NCBI RefSeq assembly: GCF_004010195.1
Contig: NC_057718.1
Location: 3,098,273-3,162,272 of the forward strand
DNA from: Chiloscyllium plagiosum
Taxonomy: Eukaryota
DNA: 64,000 nucleotides
Direction: 5' to 3'
Shown here: positions 1 to 12,449 of the stretch, one piece after another
How positions within the stretch are numbered: position 1 is the first letter of the stretch
How the letters are laid out: each line of letters begins with the position of its first letter
The notes under the pieces: generated by a model
Seen by the model: the letters and a program-made list of their open reading frames with translations, nothing else
Told to the model about the DNA's origin: nothing
The model's database searches: none
Made by a program: the position numbers and the translations under genes

Positions 1-490
1 CCCCCTCTTTTACCCCCACCTCCGACGCTACTAAAACATTTAAACCCTGGAACCTGTAACAGCCAATCCTGTCCCTGTTCTACCCATGTCTCCGTAATAG
101 CCACAACATCGAAGTCCCAGGTGCCAACCCACGCTGCAAGTTCACCTACCTTATTTCGTATACTTCTTGCATTGAAGTATACACACTTCAAACCAGTTTC
201 CTGTTTACAGGCACCCTCCTTTGAGATTGATGCCATGTTCCTAACCTCCCTACACTCCAGGTTCTGCACCCTAAAGCTACAGTCTGGGTTGCCATGCCCC
301 TGCAGAGTTAGTTTAAACCCCCCCCAAGAGCACTAGCAAACCTCCCACCAAGGATACTGGTGCCCCTCAGGTTCAGGTGTAGACCATCCTGTTTATAGAG
401 GTCCCACCTTCCCCAGAAGGAACCCCAGTTATCCAAATACCGGAATCCCTCCCTCCTGCACCATCCCTGTAGCCACGCATTTAACTGGTT
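1..490 (-). mobile_element. CR1 LINE fragment (ORF1/ORF2 junction)
   Basis: Minus strand encodes LKCVYFNARSIRNK..DFDVVAITETW endonuclease start. Confidence 0.75.
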
Positions 491-2740
491 CTGGATTATC
501 AGGGGCCTCCCCCTCTCCCCTCCACAGGAATGTGGCCGGATTTAAGCAACTCTCTGTGACTAACATGAGGTCATCCTTCTCTATTAAAATTGCCTCGTAT
601 TTCAAAATCCATGAGTCTGTGAGCCATCGTCCTGCTTTCTGATTTAGTATGGTCCGTATCAGTGTGGGGTGCTGACTATTAAGGCTCCCCCGAAAGTAAG
701 TTTCCAACTTTCTTCTTCCAATAAGGCTGTTGCTGCCACTGCCTGCGCACACTCTGGCCAGATTTGTAGCTTTCCATTCTTTAATTAACAATGAATTAAT
801 GCTGCCATGTTTTAAATTAGTTATGAATCAATATGGTCACTGAGAATGTGTGAAGGAATCCTGCCAATTATATTGATTCAGGCTAATACAATTGATTTAT
901 TATAAATATTAATTATTAATTATATATATTATAAGAATAAAATAATCATTATCTGTAATTCAGGGTGGAAACGCAACAAGTGACTAAAACATTTTAAAAA
1001 CTGTACTCTTCTGCTTTATCCTTCTTATTGCATCATTCTCTTCCCTTCTGTAGTTGATCTCCTTGCCTTTATTTCCATTTTAACCTCATTTAACCAATTT
1101 ATCAATTTATGCTTGTCTAACTTTAAAGCCTGTTCCTAATTATACATTTTGGAATCTTACATGTAAATATATTTATATATTATTAATTCATTTATTCAGT
1201 GTTTGATATTTAAAATGCAAAATGCATACAGTTCCCAACTTCGAAATTCACTATAATTACCCGGTTTTAGTCCTTTAGGTTAAATCCAAAATTAGTTTCC
1301 TTAAGTAGTCCTGACCAGTCATTGCTCAATTACAATGCTATAGGTCGTGAAATAACCGGAGCTGCCTTGAAAAGATTTGTCTATTCAAGTTAAAAATAAA
1401 TTTCTAATGCATGGATAATGGCCGAATCCAAGGTCACAGATATTAACCATAGGATTGTTTTTAGACTTAACTGAAACTTCAACTGTCATTGAGGGAGGGG
1501 ACTTTCAGAATAAAGCTATGGCTGGCACATCATAATTACCAATGAAACACATCTATCTTAAAATTAAGTGGAATAAATGAGTCTAAAATACAAAAAAAAG
1601 GTTACGATGTTGTTTTCTTCTGTATTAAGCTGATTTGAAATCGAATTAGGTTGGCTTTTATGTAAGGATAAAACAGATTACTTAGAAACTGACAGTAAGG
1701 TAGTCATGGCCTGTAAAAAGAACAGGAGTTAACATTTTAATTCAAAATCACTGTAAAAATCCTTAACCTTCAAAGAAATCATGTTAAATTTCCATAATAG
1801 AAATCAGATTCAAAACAGTCCCGGATCTCCAGCTCCAGCTCCAGGGAACAAAGCGCAAACATTCAATCACCAACAAACAAACGTACATTCAAACCGAATC
1901 ACAAATGGTTAAACTTTCTATTAGCTGTACAGCTCTTTTTTCTATCTCTCTCTCACACACACACACATGTCACAAACACTTTCTGAGCTTCCCACAACAA
2001 CTCCTCTAGAGGCATCTCGCTCCACCCCTCTATATTTTGAATATTTTTCTGGATGTCTGGCCATGATTTAGTTACGAAGTGTACCCTCAGTAGCCCTTCA
2101 GCTACTAGCCCTTCTGACACAAAGCATAATCTGATTCCTCCTGACTCAAAGGCTGTTGTCCATTGACATATAAATTCAAATATTTACAAACACAGTCTTC
2201 ATCCGACCCGTACTTTGGCCAGATGACGGCGGGATGAAGAATGGATTCCTTAGTCCATACAAAGCAACAATATTTAATCATCTTTTTCCTATCTTTTTTT
2301 CCCTTGTACAAGTATTATTTTTCCAATTCCACAACATCCTGCCCAACGGACTTTCTGGAGGTATGTTGTCAGGGACCCTGCCTCCATTTCCATTCCTTTT
2401 TCCTCGGAGGCTTTTTCTTAATCCTTGGCACAGCCCATATTGAGTTCCTTCGTTAGTCCCTTATTAACTACTAGAACTCAATCCCAGCCACCAAGGCAGT
2501 ACTTAAAAGCCAATTTTCTTACCTTGGTCCGTGCACAGAGTTAACTGGCTCAACATATCCCTGTGCCTACCATTCAAATATTGCCACTTAACTCTTTCCT
2601 GATTCAGAATGATTCCCTGAGGATTCTGGTTAGTCTACCAGAAGAGGCACCCACCATTGAAAAAAAAAGGACCATTCTAAAAGGGAACGGGACGTGTCTT
2701 CCCAGCCGTCGACGGTGCCTACTCCGCCGTTGATGACAGG

Positions 2741-2758
2741 ATCCCGGACGAGCCCCAA
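2741..2758 (-). promoter_or_regulatory. Primer-binding site, tRNA-Pro
   Basis: Reverse complement TTGGGGCTCGTCCGGGAT vs canonical TGGGGGCTCGTCCGGGAT, 2 nt after LTR end ..CTCACA. Confidence 0.85.
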
Positions 2759-2760
2759 AT

Positions 2761-3261
2761 TGTGAGAAACGAATAATTTCAGTCCGAGTCAAATCCTGTA
2801 GCAGTCTTTATTCATACGGTCTTGCAAGCTAGGTACCACAAAGTAGGCACCCCGATTAGGAGGTTACATTACAATTTATACAGTTCATTTGAGTCTCTCG
2901 ATATTCCCCTTTTACTTCATATCTGATAGTTGTATTGCTCTGTGCAGCTGCTAATCTAATCAGCTTACCACATCTGTCTGTGGCCTGTTGTTGGCGTGCA
3001 ACCACCCCCCCTTTGATAGCTGGGTCTTATTACTTTTGCTGATGCAACACTGGGTCTTATTTGGTTACCTTGTTCATACTAACTTCCTACGTGCATGACA
3101 ATTGCAACTGTCATGACAATACATCTGTTTCTACCAGTTTACCAGCTCCCTTTTCAGTTGGTTATTTCTTGGTATATACCCTCATGATTCCGCCTTGCGA
3201 TTTTTGCAGAAGCAAGATACAGCTACTTGTAACTGTTTGTGCAAGCATATCTAGCTTAACA
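2761..3261 (-). mobile_element. ERV LTR
   Basis: TGT...ACA termini, TATAAA at 2875-2880 and AATAAA at 2807-2812 on minus strand, adjacent PBS; outer boundary approximate. Confidence 0.65.
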
Positions 3262-3299
3262 TATACCACCCCCCCCCCCCCACCCCCCAACCTCCAATG

Positions 3300-4961
3300 A
3301 CTCAGTCTTGTGATATTTGCAGAAACAACAATCTTTGCAAGGGCCTGTCACACTCCTTAACCAACTTCTGATCAGCTTGTGCACTCTGCAGCTTTCTAGC
3401 TTCTGCTGTGCTTTCTGTTACTATGCCAACAAAATTTACAGCTTATCCTGCTTTCCCACACCTGGCTTCCTTGTGCTTTTCCTAGCCCACCAACACTGTG
3501 ATTTCATGTGGCCTATGTTATTACAATGAAAACATCGGATCTTTTTGTCCCTTAAAGTGTTTCCATTTTACCCTGTTGTATGATCCCTATGATCTTCACT
3601 GAGATCTCTCTTTCCATTTCCACATGAGGATTTCTCTTTTCTCCAACTTCTATCCTCACAGAGCGAAATTGATTCAGGAAGCCAAGCCATGGTTTATGGA
3701 CCAACTCATAGTCAGCAGCCACATCAGTTGCTAACCTTGCTGTTTTAACAATCTGCTCTTCCACATTTAGCTTACCTTCAGCTTTCATCTCCATCTTTTT
3801 ATGCTGAATTCCTTTTTTTTGGTGTCAATTTCTGAAATTCAAACTCTCTCTCTTTTTCTTTCTCTTCTGCTCAACCCTTTTGTTCTCTGTCTTTCTCTTC
3901 TGCTAGAGCCCTTCATTCTCTTTCCTTCTCTTCCGATTTTAATTGTAACTGTTTCATTTCTGCTGCCCTTTCCTTCTCTCTCAGCTCTAACTCAAGCTCT
4001 TCATTTACAATTGAATTCTTGCCATCTCAACAGATCCTGCTGATGTTTCCAGCAACTTTAAAAGCTGAGCCACTGCTGAAGTCATTACATCTTTCCTCAC
4101 ATTAGGAGGTAAATTCAACCCCAGCTTGTCTATTACTTCCCGCAGCTTGGTCTTATTTGCTTTTGGTAAAACCCCCAAAGTCACTTCTTCCACTTCCAGG
4201 TACCCCTTGGTGATTGAAACAGCCATTGCTATCTTAGCTATGTTTTAACCAACCAAATCAACACCTGAAATAAAAGACACTAACACATACCACTCGCCGT
4301 TGAAATCCTAGAAAGGGCCTCCAATCTGCTATGGATTAGGTGAAATGCCTCAAGACATTTTTGAGCAGGTAGCCCAGACTGTAACTTTGCTATTTGTTTA
4401 GCTAGGCATATTGTGGATATTTCCGGTGTAAATTAGCTGGGCCATCTGCCAGATTTGAAACAAACAAGATTTATTTACAAAATTATGGAATGAAACATAA
4501 AGAACAGAAAATAGAATACTGCCTAACATCCTGTCCAAACCTAACTTAATTATGCTGTTCCCAAAATACGTGTAACAGTCCTAATAAGCAAATCCCTTAA
4601 ATTCAGAGTAAAACTGAAACATAGGCCTACAGGTCAAAGTTAGAATTGCAGAAGGAGAGAGCGAAGTACAAGTCTCAACTGTGACTGACTCCAACAACCT
4701 TTCTTCACAAGCACAACTGCTGAACTGAACTAAGAACCTCAGCTGCCAGGACTGGCCACTCCCCTTTCAGTATACAAACAATTTCTAAAACATGAAAGCC
4801 TTTGGCCTGAGGTGTCGTCTGTTTAGGGGTAAACAACAAGGGCCTCAATAAACCATTCAACTCTGCACCAACCCATTCGTTTTAGAGCCTGAGCTGTTGT
4901 ATGGCTCCTCTGAAAAATATCAAGGGCATAGTAACCTTGTAACAGAACCAGTATTGTGACA
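3300..4961 (-). mobile_element. Gypsy-type LTR retrotransposon remnant (gag fragments plus LTR ~4380-4961)
   Basis: CCHC knuckle CFHCNNIGHMKSQC at ~3493-3535, AADYELVHK motif, E/K-rich coiled coil, N-terminal gag ORF 4005-4226; TGT..ACA bounded segment upstream. Confidence 0.65.
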
Positions 4962-5913
4962 CTAAAAGAATTAAAGTTGAAACCTTTGGGTTTTTAACTG
5001 GTCAGTTGACACTGCAAATTATTTGATCAATATTTATCAATTGCCAGCAACTTTATACCTGATCCTTTTAAGAGCTTGAAGTCTTAACAGGGTCAACAAT
5101 GACTTTCCAAATATCATTTTCTCATTGCCACCAGAATGCACACAGTAACATAGCCCTAATGGAGAACTGAGGGGTGTCCTGATTTCCAATGCACACCTGT
5201 CCAGCATTTTATTCTCATTGTCATTTCACTGATGGAAAATTAGTGAGCAATTTAATTCTCATATTTTCTATCCTGTTCCTGGAAAGATTCAAATTTACTC
5301 CAATCAAATTTCAACAACCACACTTGAGAAAAAAAGAGTCACATCCAGAGATCAGGTGGGAGCTGAACACATCGGACATTTCCCACAGTGGCAGCGGCAT
5401 GGAGCCATGGAGCAACAGCAGCAGGAAATGCATGGACCAGGCTGAGATCCAGAGCGACAGCCAGACTGAGTCCCAGAGCAACGGTTGACCGAGACCCAGA
5501 TGAAAGCCAGGCCGAGTCCTGGAGAGACGACCAGACCCAGATGAATGAATATCTCCGTTCAATGAACAGACAACTTTCCTTGATGCTGCTGAGTGTTCGA
5601 GTCAGGACAATTGGTGGAATTGGACCTGGTTCCACATGTAGAGCTGCTGCTGTTTCTTTACTGGACTGCAATATCAATCCTCTTCATAATATTGTACTCC
5701 CTCATTTTTATTCATTCTACGTAATGTTTCTGCTTCCCTTCAAATTCTCTCTGTGTAGTAGCAGATTTTTTTTTACTCTGTAAGATCTGTGCTGAGGTGC
5801 TTGTACCTAAGATGGCACCAGCAAAAGGCAGCAATTGTAAAATCTTTTCACTGCACTCCTGTACTTCTGTATTCATGATTTGGATGTGCCAGTGTTGAAC
5901 TGGGGTGTGCAAT

Positions 5914-6088
5914 GTTAAAAATCACACAACACTAGGTTATAGTCCAATAGGTTTAATTGGAAGCACACTAGCTTTCAGAGCGTCACTCCTTCATCAGGTG
6001 TTAGTGATGAAGGAGCGACGCTCCGAAAGCTAGTGTGCTTCCAATTAAACCTGTTGGACTATAGCCTGGTGTTGTGTGATTTTTAACT
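5914..6088. repeat. Inverted repeat (hairpin) of Penelope-like terminal sequence
   Basis: gttaaaaatcacacaac..ccttcatca / tgatgaagg..gttgtgtgatttttaac, ~80-bp arms. Confidence 0.85.
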
Positions 6089-7629
6089 TTGTACTTCTGT
6101 ATTGGAGTGCATGTGACAATAAAGTATATTCTATTCTACTTCCTCTAGCTGGTCATTCGATGCACGAACCACACTGTGTAAAAATCTTTCTCCTCTCACC
6201 TTAAAAACAGTCCCCCTAATTTCGAACAGCCCATCCTTGGGAAAACATCTGTACTATTCACCTTATCTATGACCCTCATGATTTTATAAACCTCTATCAT
6301 CACCCTTCAACTTCCAGTGCTGCAGTGGAAAAAGTTTCAGCCTATTTTTATGAGTCAAATTCCCCCATTCCTTCCAAGATGGTTTCAGAATCCTTGCAAA
6401 TTTAATAACATCCATCCGAGAGCAGGGTGACTATAACTACACAATACTCCAGAAGAGGCCCAGTTTGTGGATTGGAACGGGATTGAGCTGTTTATTGTAG
6501 ACAGAGTGGCAGCACGGGGAGTGTAGGAGATGCAACATGTCGATGACTGATCTTGGAGTAGTGACCAGTTTTCAGTGACAAAGACTTTCCGCCCACCAAC
6601 AACTATGTCATTTCTATCACTATACCTGATGAAGGAGCAGCGCTCCAAAAACTTGGGATTTCAAATAAACTTATTGGAGTATAGTCTAGTGTGGTGTGAC
6701 TTCTGACTATGTTCACCTCAGTCCAACACCGGCATTTCCACATCATTGCTGGATAAACAGCTTATAGTTTGAATGATTATAGTCAGAAGCCATCGATCTC
6801 TGGAAATTGAGGTGAAGTCCTGCTCTCTACAATAAAAGCTAACTAATGCCCAAAGAAAGCCAGTTTATTTTCCCTTCCCAGCTGCTGCAAGCTGTTGATT
6901 TTAATCAAAATTTGTATCCAGTCATTCTGTATTTCCTACAAGGAAGTGGAAAACACCTGAAGAGAAAGAGGGATATTAACAAACAGCAAATCCTGATCAA
7001 CAAAATGATCATCTCAATGAATTCTCTAGATAGGGAACATTCAACTGATTTGCACAAATTCCTTAATTGTAAAGTTATAACATAGAGAGCTGTAGGTCAC
7101 ATTGAGTTTCTTTTCTTTATCAAATGTAAAAATGCCATTTTTAAAACTGCTATTACATCCTTGACACCGTTACATCAATTCCACACTGTGCCCTCCCAGT
7201 CTCTTCTCTCCTTTAAGTCCGTTGTTTTCTCTCAAATATTACCGTTTTCTCAAAAACATTAATCTTGAACATCATAAGCTTACATGCAGAATAACATAAC
7301 TTACAATGCAAAGACTATTCAGTTCATCAAGCTTGCACTGTTATGCAATAATTAGCCTACAGTAAAATCTCTCAAGGAATATTACAAGGTACAGTTGAGT
7401 AAAGGGTATATCCAGCCAGTTAACTGAAAGTATAATGGTCTGTAAAATAAATCACCATTAACAATGATAGGTAATCATTCTGGATCAGAATATCATGGAA
7501 TGATGCACACAGGTAAAGGAAACATTTGGAATTCATTACAACACATTGCTTCTTCATGTTCCATTACAGGAATTCTCATCCACAGGAAGCAATTGGGACC
7601 AAAACATTGAATTTCATATTTCCTTTAAA

Positions 7630-9601
7630 ATACTAAAAGAATCTCTTTGGAATCACTCTAACCTTCTCAGCCAAGGCTATCTCATGCCCCCTTTGTGCCC
7701 TCCTGATTTCCTTCTTCAGTAAACTCCTATATTCCTGATATACCACCCGGAATTCCCTCGAGCCCAGCTGCCTATACCTGAGCCATGTGTCCTTCTTTTT
7801 CTGGTCAAAGCCTCAATATCTCTTGTCATCCAGGGTTCCCTATTCCTGCCAACCTTGCTTTCACCTCACAGGAACATATAGACCTTGAACTCTAGCTATC
7901 TCACTTGTCCCAAAGTGCTCTCCCACTCTCACCTTAGTCACCTGCCCTTCTCTATTTCCCAAGAGTATGTTGAATTTTGCTCCCTCCTGAGTTGGACCGT
8001 TGAAATACTTCTTGAGGATAATTTCCTGAATGCATTTAACAAATTCCACCCCATCCAGTGGTGATACAGTGGCTCAGTGGTTAGCATTTCTGCCGAATAG
8101 TGTTAGGAACCAGGGTTTGATTCTACCTTTTGAGTGTCTGTCTGTGTGGAGTTTGCACTTTCTCCCCGTTTCCTCTGGGTGCTCCAGTTTTCTCCTGCTT
8201 TCCAAAGATGTGTAGGTTAGGTGAATTGGCCACGATAAATTGCCCATAGCATTCAGGGATGTGCATGTTAGGTGCATTAGTCAGGGGTAAATGTAGAGTA
8301 ATAGTGTAGATAATGGCTCTAGGTGGGTTACCCTTTGGAGGATTTGTGTGAACTTATTAGGCTGCAAGGCCTGTTCCACACTGTCAGGATTCTAATAATT
8401 AATGCTATGGCAGTCCCAGTCTATGTTAGGAAGTTTGAAATTCCCCACTATGACAACCCTATTGCTCCTGGAAGTCTCCCCAGTCTCTCGCCTATTTGTT
8501 CCTCTATTTCCTGTTACAACATCACCATCCCTTTCTTATTTCTTAACTCCACCTACAAATCCTTCCTGGATGATGCTTCAGTTGTTTCATCTCTGAATAC
8601 TACAGTGATATTCGCCTTAATCATAAATGCAACGCCCCCTCCCCTCTTTACACCACATCTGTCCCACCTAAATCACTTGTAACTTGATGCATTAAGCTGT
8701 CAATCCTGTCCCTCTTTTAGCCATGTTTCTGTTATGGCTGTAATATCCCAGTCCCACATACCTATCCATGCCCTGAGTTCATCGGCCTTACCTGTCAGCT
8801 CTCTTGCATTGAAATAGATGCAATTTAATCCAAAAGGCATTCCTTGCTCCTTTTCATGTTCCAGTTTTACCAGTCTCTTCATTTTCCTATTTCTAATTGC
8901 TGTATCTCCTTCCAGCCTCACACCTTCCTCCCTATAGTTGAGGATCCCAACCCATTGCCAATCTTGTTTAAACCCTCCCCTGTAGCACTAACAAACATGG
9001 GTGCCAAATATTGGCCCCCCTCCAGTTCAGGTGCAGCTTGTCCCTCTTGAACAGATCACCTCTGCCCCAGAATACATTCCAATGATCTAAAAATGTGAAT
9101 CCCTGTGCCTCCTGCACCAATTCTTTAGCCACACATTCATCTGCCATATTCTTCTGTTCCTACCCTCACCAGGACGAGGCACTTGAAGTAATCCAAAGAT
9201 TACAACCTTGCACAGTGGCAGTAAGACATCTCTATCCTTATACTCCAACCCCTTTGAAATAAGCGCTGACCTTCCAGTAGCATTCCTGAATACCTGATGC
9301 CCTTGTATATTTGCCTTCTGTGTTCGATTCACTTGCTCCCCCCCAGCCCAAGTCCCTTTTTCTTGCAGATTTCTGCAGTTTCTCTCCATTAAAATAATAT
9401 TCTGTTCTTTTGTTCTTTTCAAAATGAACAACTTTGCACTTTTGCATATTATACTCTATTTGCCAGCTTTTTGCCTGCCCACGCAACCTACCAATATCTC
9501 TCTGAAAAGTTTGTATCCCCTATGCAACCTGCCTTTCCATCTCTTTTCCTGTCACCTGCAAATGTGGCTACAGTGCATTCATTTCCTTCCTCCAAGTCAC
9601 T

Positions 9602-9636
<35 letters not shown>

Positions 9637-9870
9637 TGTAAACAGTTATAGTCGCAGCACTGATTCCTGTGGAACTCCACTGGTCATGGTTTGCCATCCT
9701 GAAAAGAATCTCTTTGAACCTCTCGCTGTTTCCTATTCTTGAGCCAATTCTCTGCATTCCATACCAAGCCCCCACACAGTGAGCACTTATCTTTTGACTT
9801 AACCATTTGAAAGGTAGCTTGTCAAACTCCTTCTGGAAGTCTAAAAATGACATATCTACTATACAGCTAC
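7630..9870 (-). mobile_element. CR1 LINE fragments with SINE insertion
   Basis: CIYFNAR..WDITAITETW endonuclease and FLDFQKEFDK RT motifs. Confidence 0.75.
8058..8395 (+). mobile_element. tRNA-derived shark SINE (HE1-like); other copies 16075-16355(-), 25442-25728(+), 53460-53808(-), 59970-60320(+), 61995-62275(-)
   Basis: A-box gtggctcagtggttagc, B-box-like ggtttgattc, shared core tgtgtggagtttgcac..ctccc, CR1-like tail. Confidence 0.8.
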
Positions 9871-9879
9871 ACATCCCTC

Positions 9880-11575
9880 TATGTCCAACCTCATAGTCCA
9901 GAGATCTCCCACCCACAGCTTCCAACCTCATAGTCCAGGAACCCCGCACTGCCCGGTTCTACCTCCTTCCCAAGATCCACAAGCCTGACCACCCTGGCCG
10001 ACCCATTGTCTCAGCATGCTCCTGCCCCACTGAACTCATCTCTACCTACCTCGACACTGTCCTATCCCCCCTAGTCCAGGAACTCCCCACATACAATTGA
10101 GACACCACCCACACCCTCCACCTCCTCCAAGACTTCCGTTTCCCTGGCCCCCAACGCCTCATCTTCACCATGGATATCCAATCCATCTATACCTCCATCC
10201 GCCATGACCAGGGCCTCCAAGCCCTCCGTCTTTTCCTCTCCAGACGTCCCCAACAGTACCCTTCCACCGACACTCTCATTCGTTTGGCCGAACTGGCCCT
10301 CACCCTTAACAATTTCTCCTTTGAACCCTCCCACTTCCTCCAGATCAAAGGGGAGCCATGGGCACACGTATGGGCCCCAGCTATGCCTGTCTCTTTGTTG
10401 GCTATGTAGAGCAGTTGATCTTCCGTAATTTCACCGGCACCACTCCCCACCTCTTCCTCCGCCACCTCGTGCTCCCGCGAGGAGGTTGAGCAATTCATCA
10501 ACTTCGCCAACACATTCCACCCTGACCTTAAATTTAACTGGACCATCTCTGACTCCTCCCTCCCCTTCCTGGACCTCTCCATCTCCATTAATGTCGACCG
10601 ACTTGACACTGACATGTTTTACAAACCCACCGACTCCCACAGCTACCTGGATTACACCTCTTTCCACCCTACCTCCTGCAAAAATGCCATCCCGTATTCC
10701 CAATTCCTCCGCCTCCGCCGTATCTGCTCCCAGGAGGACCAGTTCCACCATAGAACACACCAGATGGCCTCCTTCTTCAGAGACNNNNNNNNNNNNNNNN
10801 NNNNNNNNNNNNNNNNNNNNNNNNNNNNNNNNNNNNNNNNNNNNNNNNNNNNNNNNNNNNNNNNNNNNNNNNNNNNNNNNNNNNNNNNNNNNNNNNNNNN
10901 NNNNNNNNNNNNNNNNNNNNNNNNNNNNNNNNNNNNNNNNNNNNNNNNNNNNNNNNNNNNNNNNNNNNNNNNNNNNNNNNNNNNNNNNNNNNNNNNNNNN
11001 NNNNNNNNNNNNNNNNNNNNNNNNNNNNNNNNNNNNNNNNNNNNNNNNNNNNNNNNNNNNNNNNNNNNNNNNNNNNNNNNNNNNNNNNNNNNNNNNNNNN
11101 NNNNNNNNNNNNNNNNNNNNNNNNNNNNNNNNNNNNNNNNNNNNNNNNNNNNNNNNNNNNNNNNNNNNNNNNNNNNNNNNNNNNNNNNNNNNNNNNNNNN
11201 NNNNNNNNNNNNNNNNNNNNNNNNNNNNNNNNNNNNNNNNNNNNNNNNNNNNNNNNNNNNNNNNNNNNNNNNNNNNNNCTAGTTCCAAACTTCCAGCTCA
11301 GCACTGTCCCCATGACTTGTCCGGACTTGTCCTACCTGCCTATCTCCTTTTCCAACTATCCACTCCACCCTCTCCTCCCTGACCTATCACCTTCATCCCC
11401 TCCCCCACTCACCCAATGTACTCTATGCTACCCCCACTCTCCTCTAGCTTATCTCTCCACACTTCAGGCTCACTGCCTTGATTCCTGATGAAGGGCTTTT
11501 GCCCGAAACGTCGATTTTGAAGTTCCTTGGATGCTGCCTGAACTGCTGTGCTCTTCCAGCACCACTAATCCAGCA
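9880..11575 (+). mobile_element. Penelope-like retroelement RT fragment and terminal repeat, spanning N-gap
   Basis: MDIQSIYTSI, FYKPTDSHSYLDYTSFHP..KNAIPYSQFLRLRRICS; hammerhead core at 11485-11508. Confidence 0.75.
10785..11278. other. Assembly gap (second gap at 58374-58864)
   Basis: Runs of N. Confidence 0.99.
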
Positions 11576-12199
11576 CTCTGGTTGAGACTTCCTTGAAAAA
11601 CTCTCCTTAAATTAGTCAGATACTATTTCCCTTTCATGAAGCCATGTTGACTTTGCTTGATTACATGATGATTTTCCAAGTTACTTCTTTAATAATTGAT
11701 TCAAACCCTTTTTCCAACAATAGGAATTAGCCTTTATTTACTCTTGTTTTGCCTCCCTTTTTTTCAATTAGGTGTGTCACATTGGCAGCTTTCCAATCCT
11801 CTGGTACTTCTCCAGAATCCAAGGATTCTTGGAAAATTACAACCAATGAATCCACTGTCTTTGTAGCTCCCCTCTTTTAGGATCCAAGAATGCAAGCCAT
11901 CAGGGCCAGGGGACTGATCTATCTTTAGCCCCATTACTTTGTCTGACACGATTGCTTCAGTGACAATGATGAGACTTACTCCCTGCCCAATATTTTTTAG
12001 TTTTATTGAAATGTTCAAAGTATCTTGCACCATAAATGCCGAACCAGTGTATTGCCATAAATGTCTTGACCAATCAACAAGGTTGCAGCAAATGTGTGAA
12101 TTCTCAATGTTTAAGTGACTGAGTGTGAGGAACTTGCGCTGAATAAGTATTTAGTATCATTGCTGAAGTAAAACCTGCTGAATCACATTCATAAAATCG

Positions 12200-12397
12200 A
12201 TCCAGTAATATCCTCCCTCAGAAGAGGGCAATCATTGGTTTATTGTCCTGTTTCCCCTTTACTGACACTTTAACTTCTCTACCTCCTGAGAGACGAGACG
12301 TTAAAGAAGCTGCAGTTGGCTGGGACACTTCGTGTTTCGATGAATTAACTGGACGCACAATAAACTGTGTGGATAACAACGTTGCTGGTCTGTTGAG
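12200..12397 (+). promoter_or_regulatory. Proximal promoter/5' UTR of the VJ receptor gene
   Basis: Unique sequence directly upstream of the leader ATG, conserved in inverted copy at ~48565-48770 (ccagtaatatcctccctcagaag, cactgacactttaacttct, aataaactgtgtgga). Confidence 0.5.
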
Positions 12398-12449
12398 ATG
12401 ATCAGTGGAACTCTGTTTGCTGTGACCCTGTCCCTCTGTGTTGCTTTTG
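12398..12449 (+). CDS. Leader (signal peptide) exon of multi-VJ IgSF receptor gene
   Basis: ATG then MISGTLFAVTLSLCVAF+G, hydrophobic 17 aa, followed by G|GTAAGT phase-1 donor that matches the phase of the V exons. Confidence 0.85.

Larger units (their letters stand above)
495..3261 (-). mobile_element. Degenerate class I endogenous retrovirus (HERV-I-like gag), LTR-PBS-gag-pol remnant
   Basis: gag ATG at 2438 (MG..), frameshifted IPPESPLGRML..KKMIKYCCFVWTKE..WPKYGSDED; pol fragment QKAGRWLTDSWILKYEAILIE..LNPATFL at ~495-680. Confidence 0.8.

Noticed and set aside
5189-5783. Overlapping 83-131 aa ORFs
   Set aside because: No recognisable domain; the region shares motifs (cctaagatgg, tgacaataaa plus ttcta tail) with ~39065-39430, so it is probably a repeat
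7130-7220. Decayed leader exon for psiV-D (minus copy at ~56400-56455 reads LTPLHHFCTVALLVSFC)
   Set aside because: Both copies start TTG, no in-frame ATG, and neither has a good donor; too weak to call
10431-11382. Long ORFs of 178-298 aa (also 58283-59098)
   Set aside because: Artefacts of reading through N-gaps within retroelements
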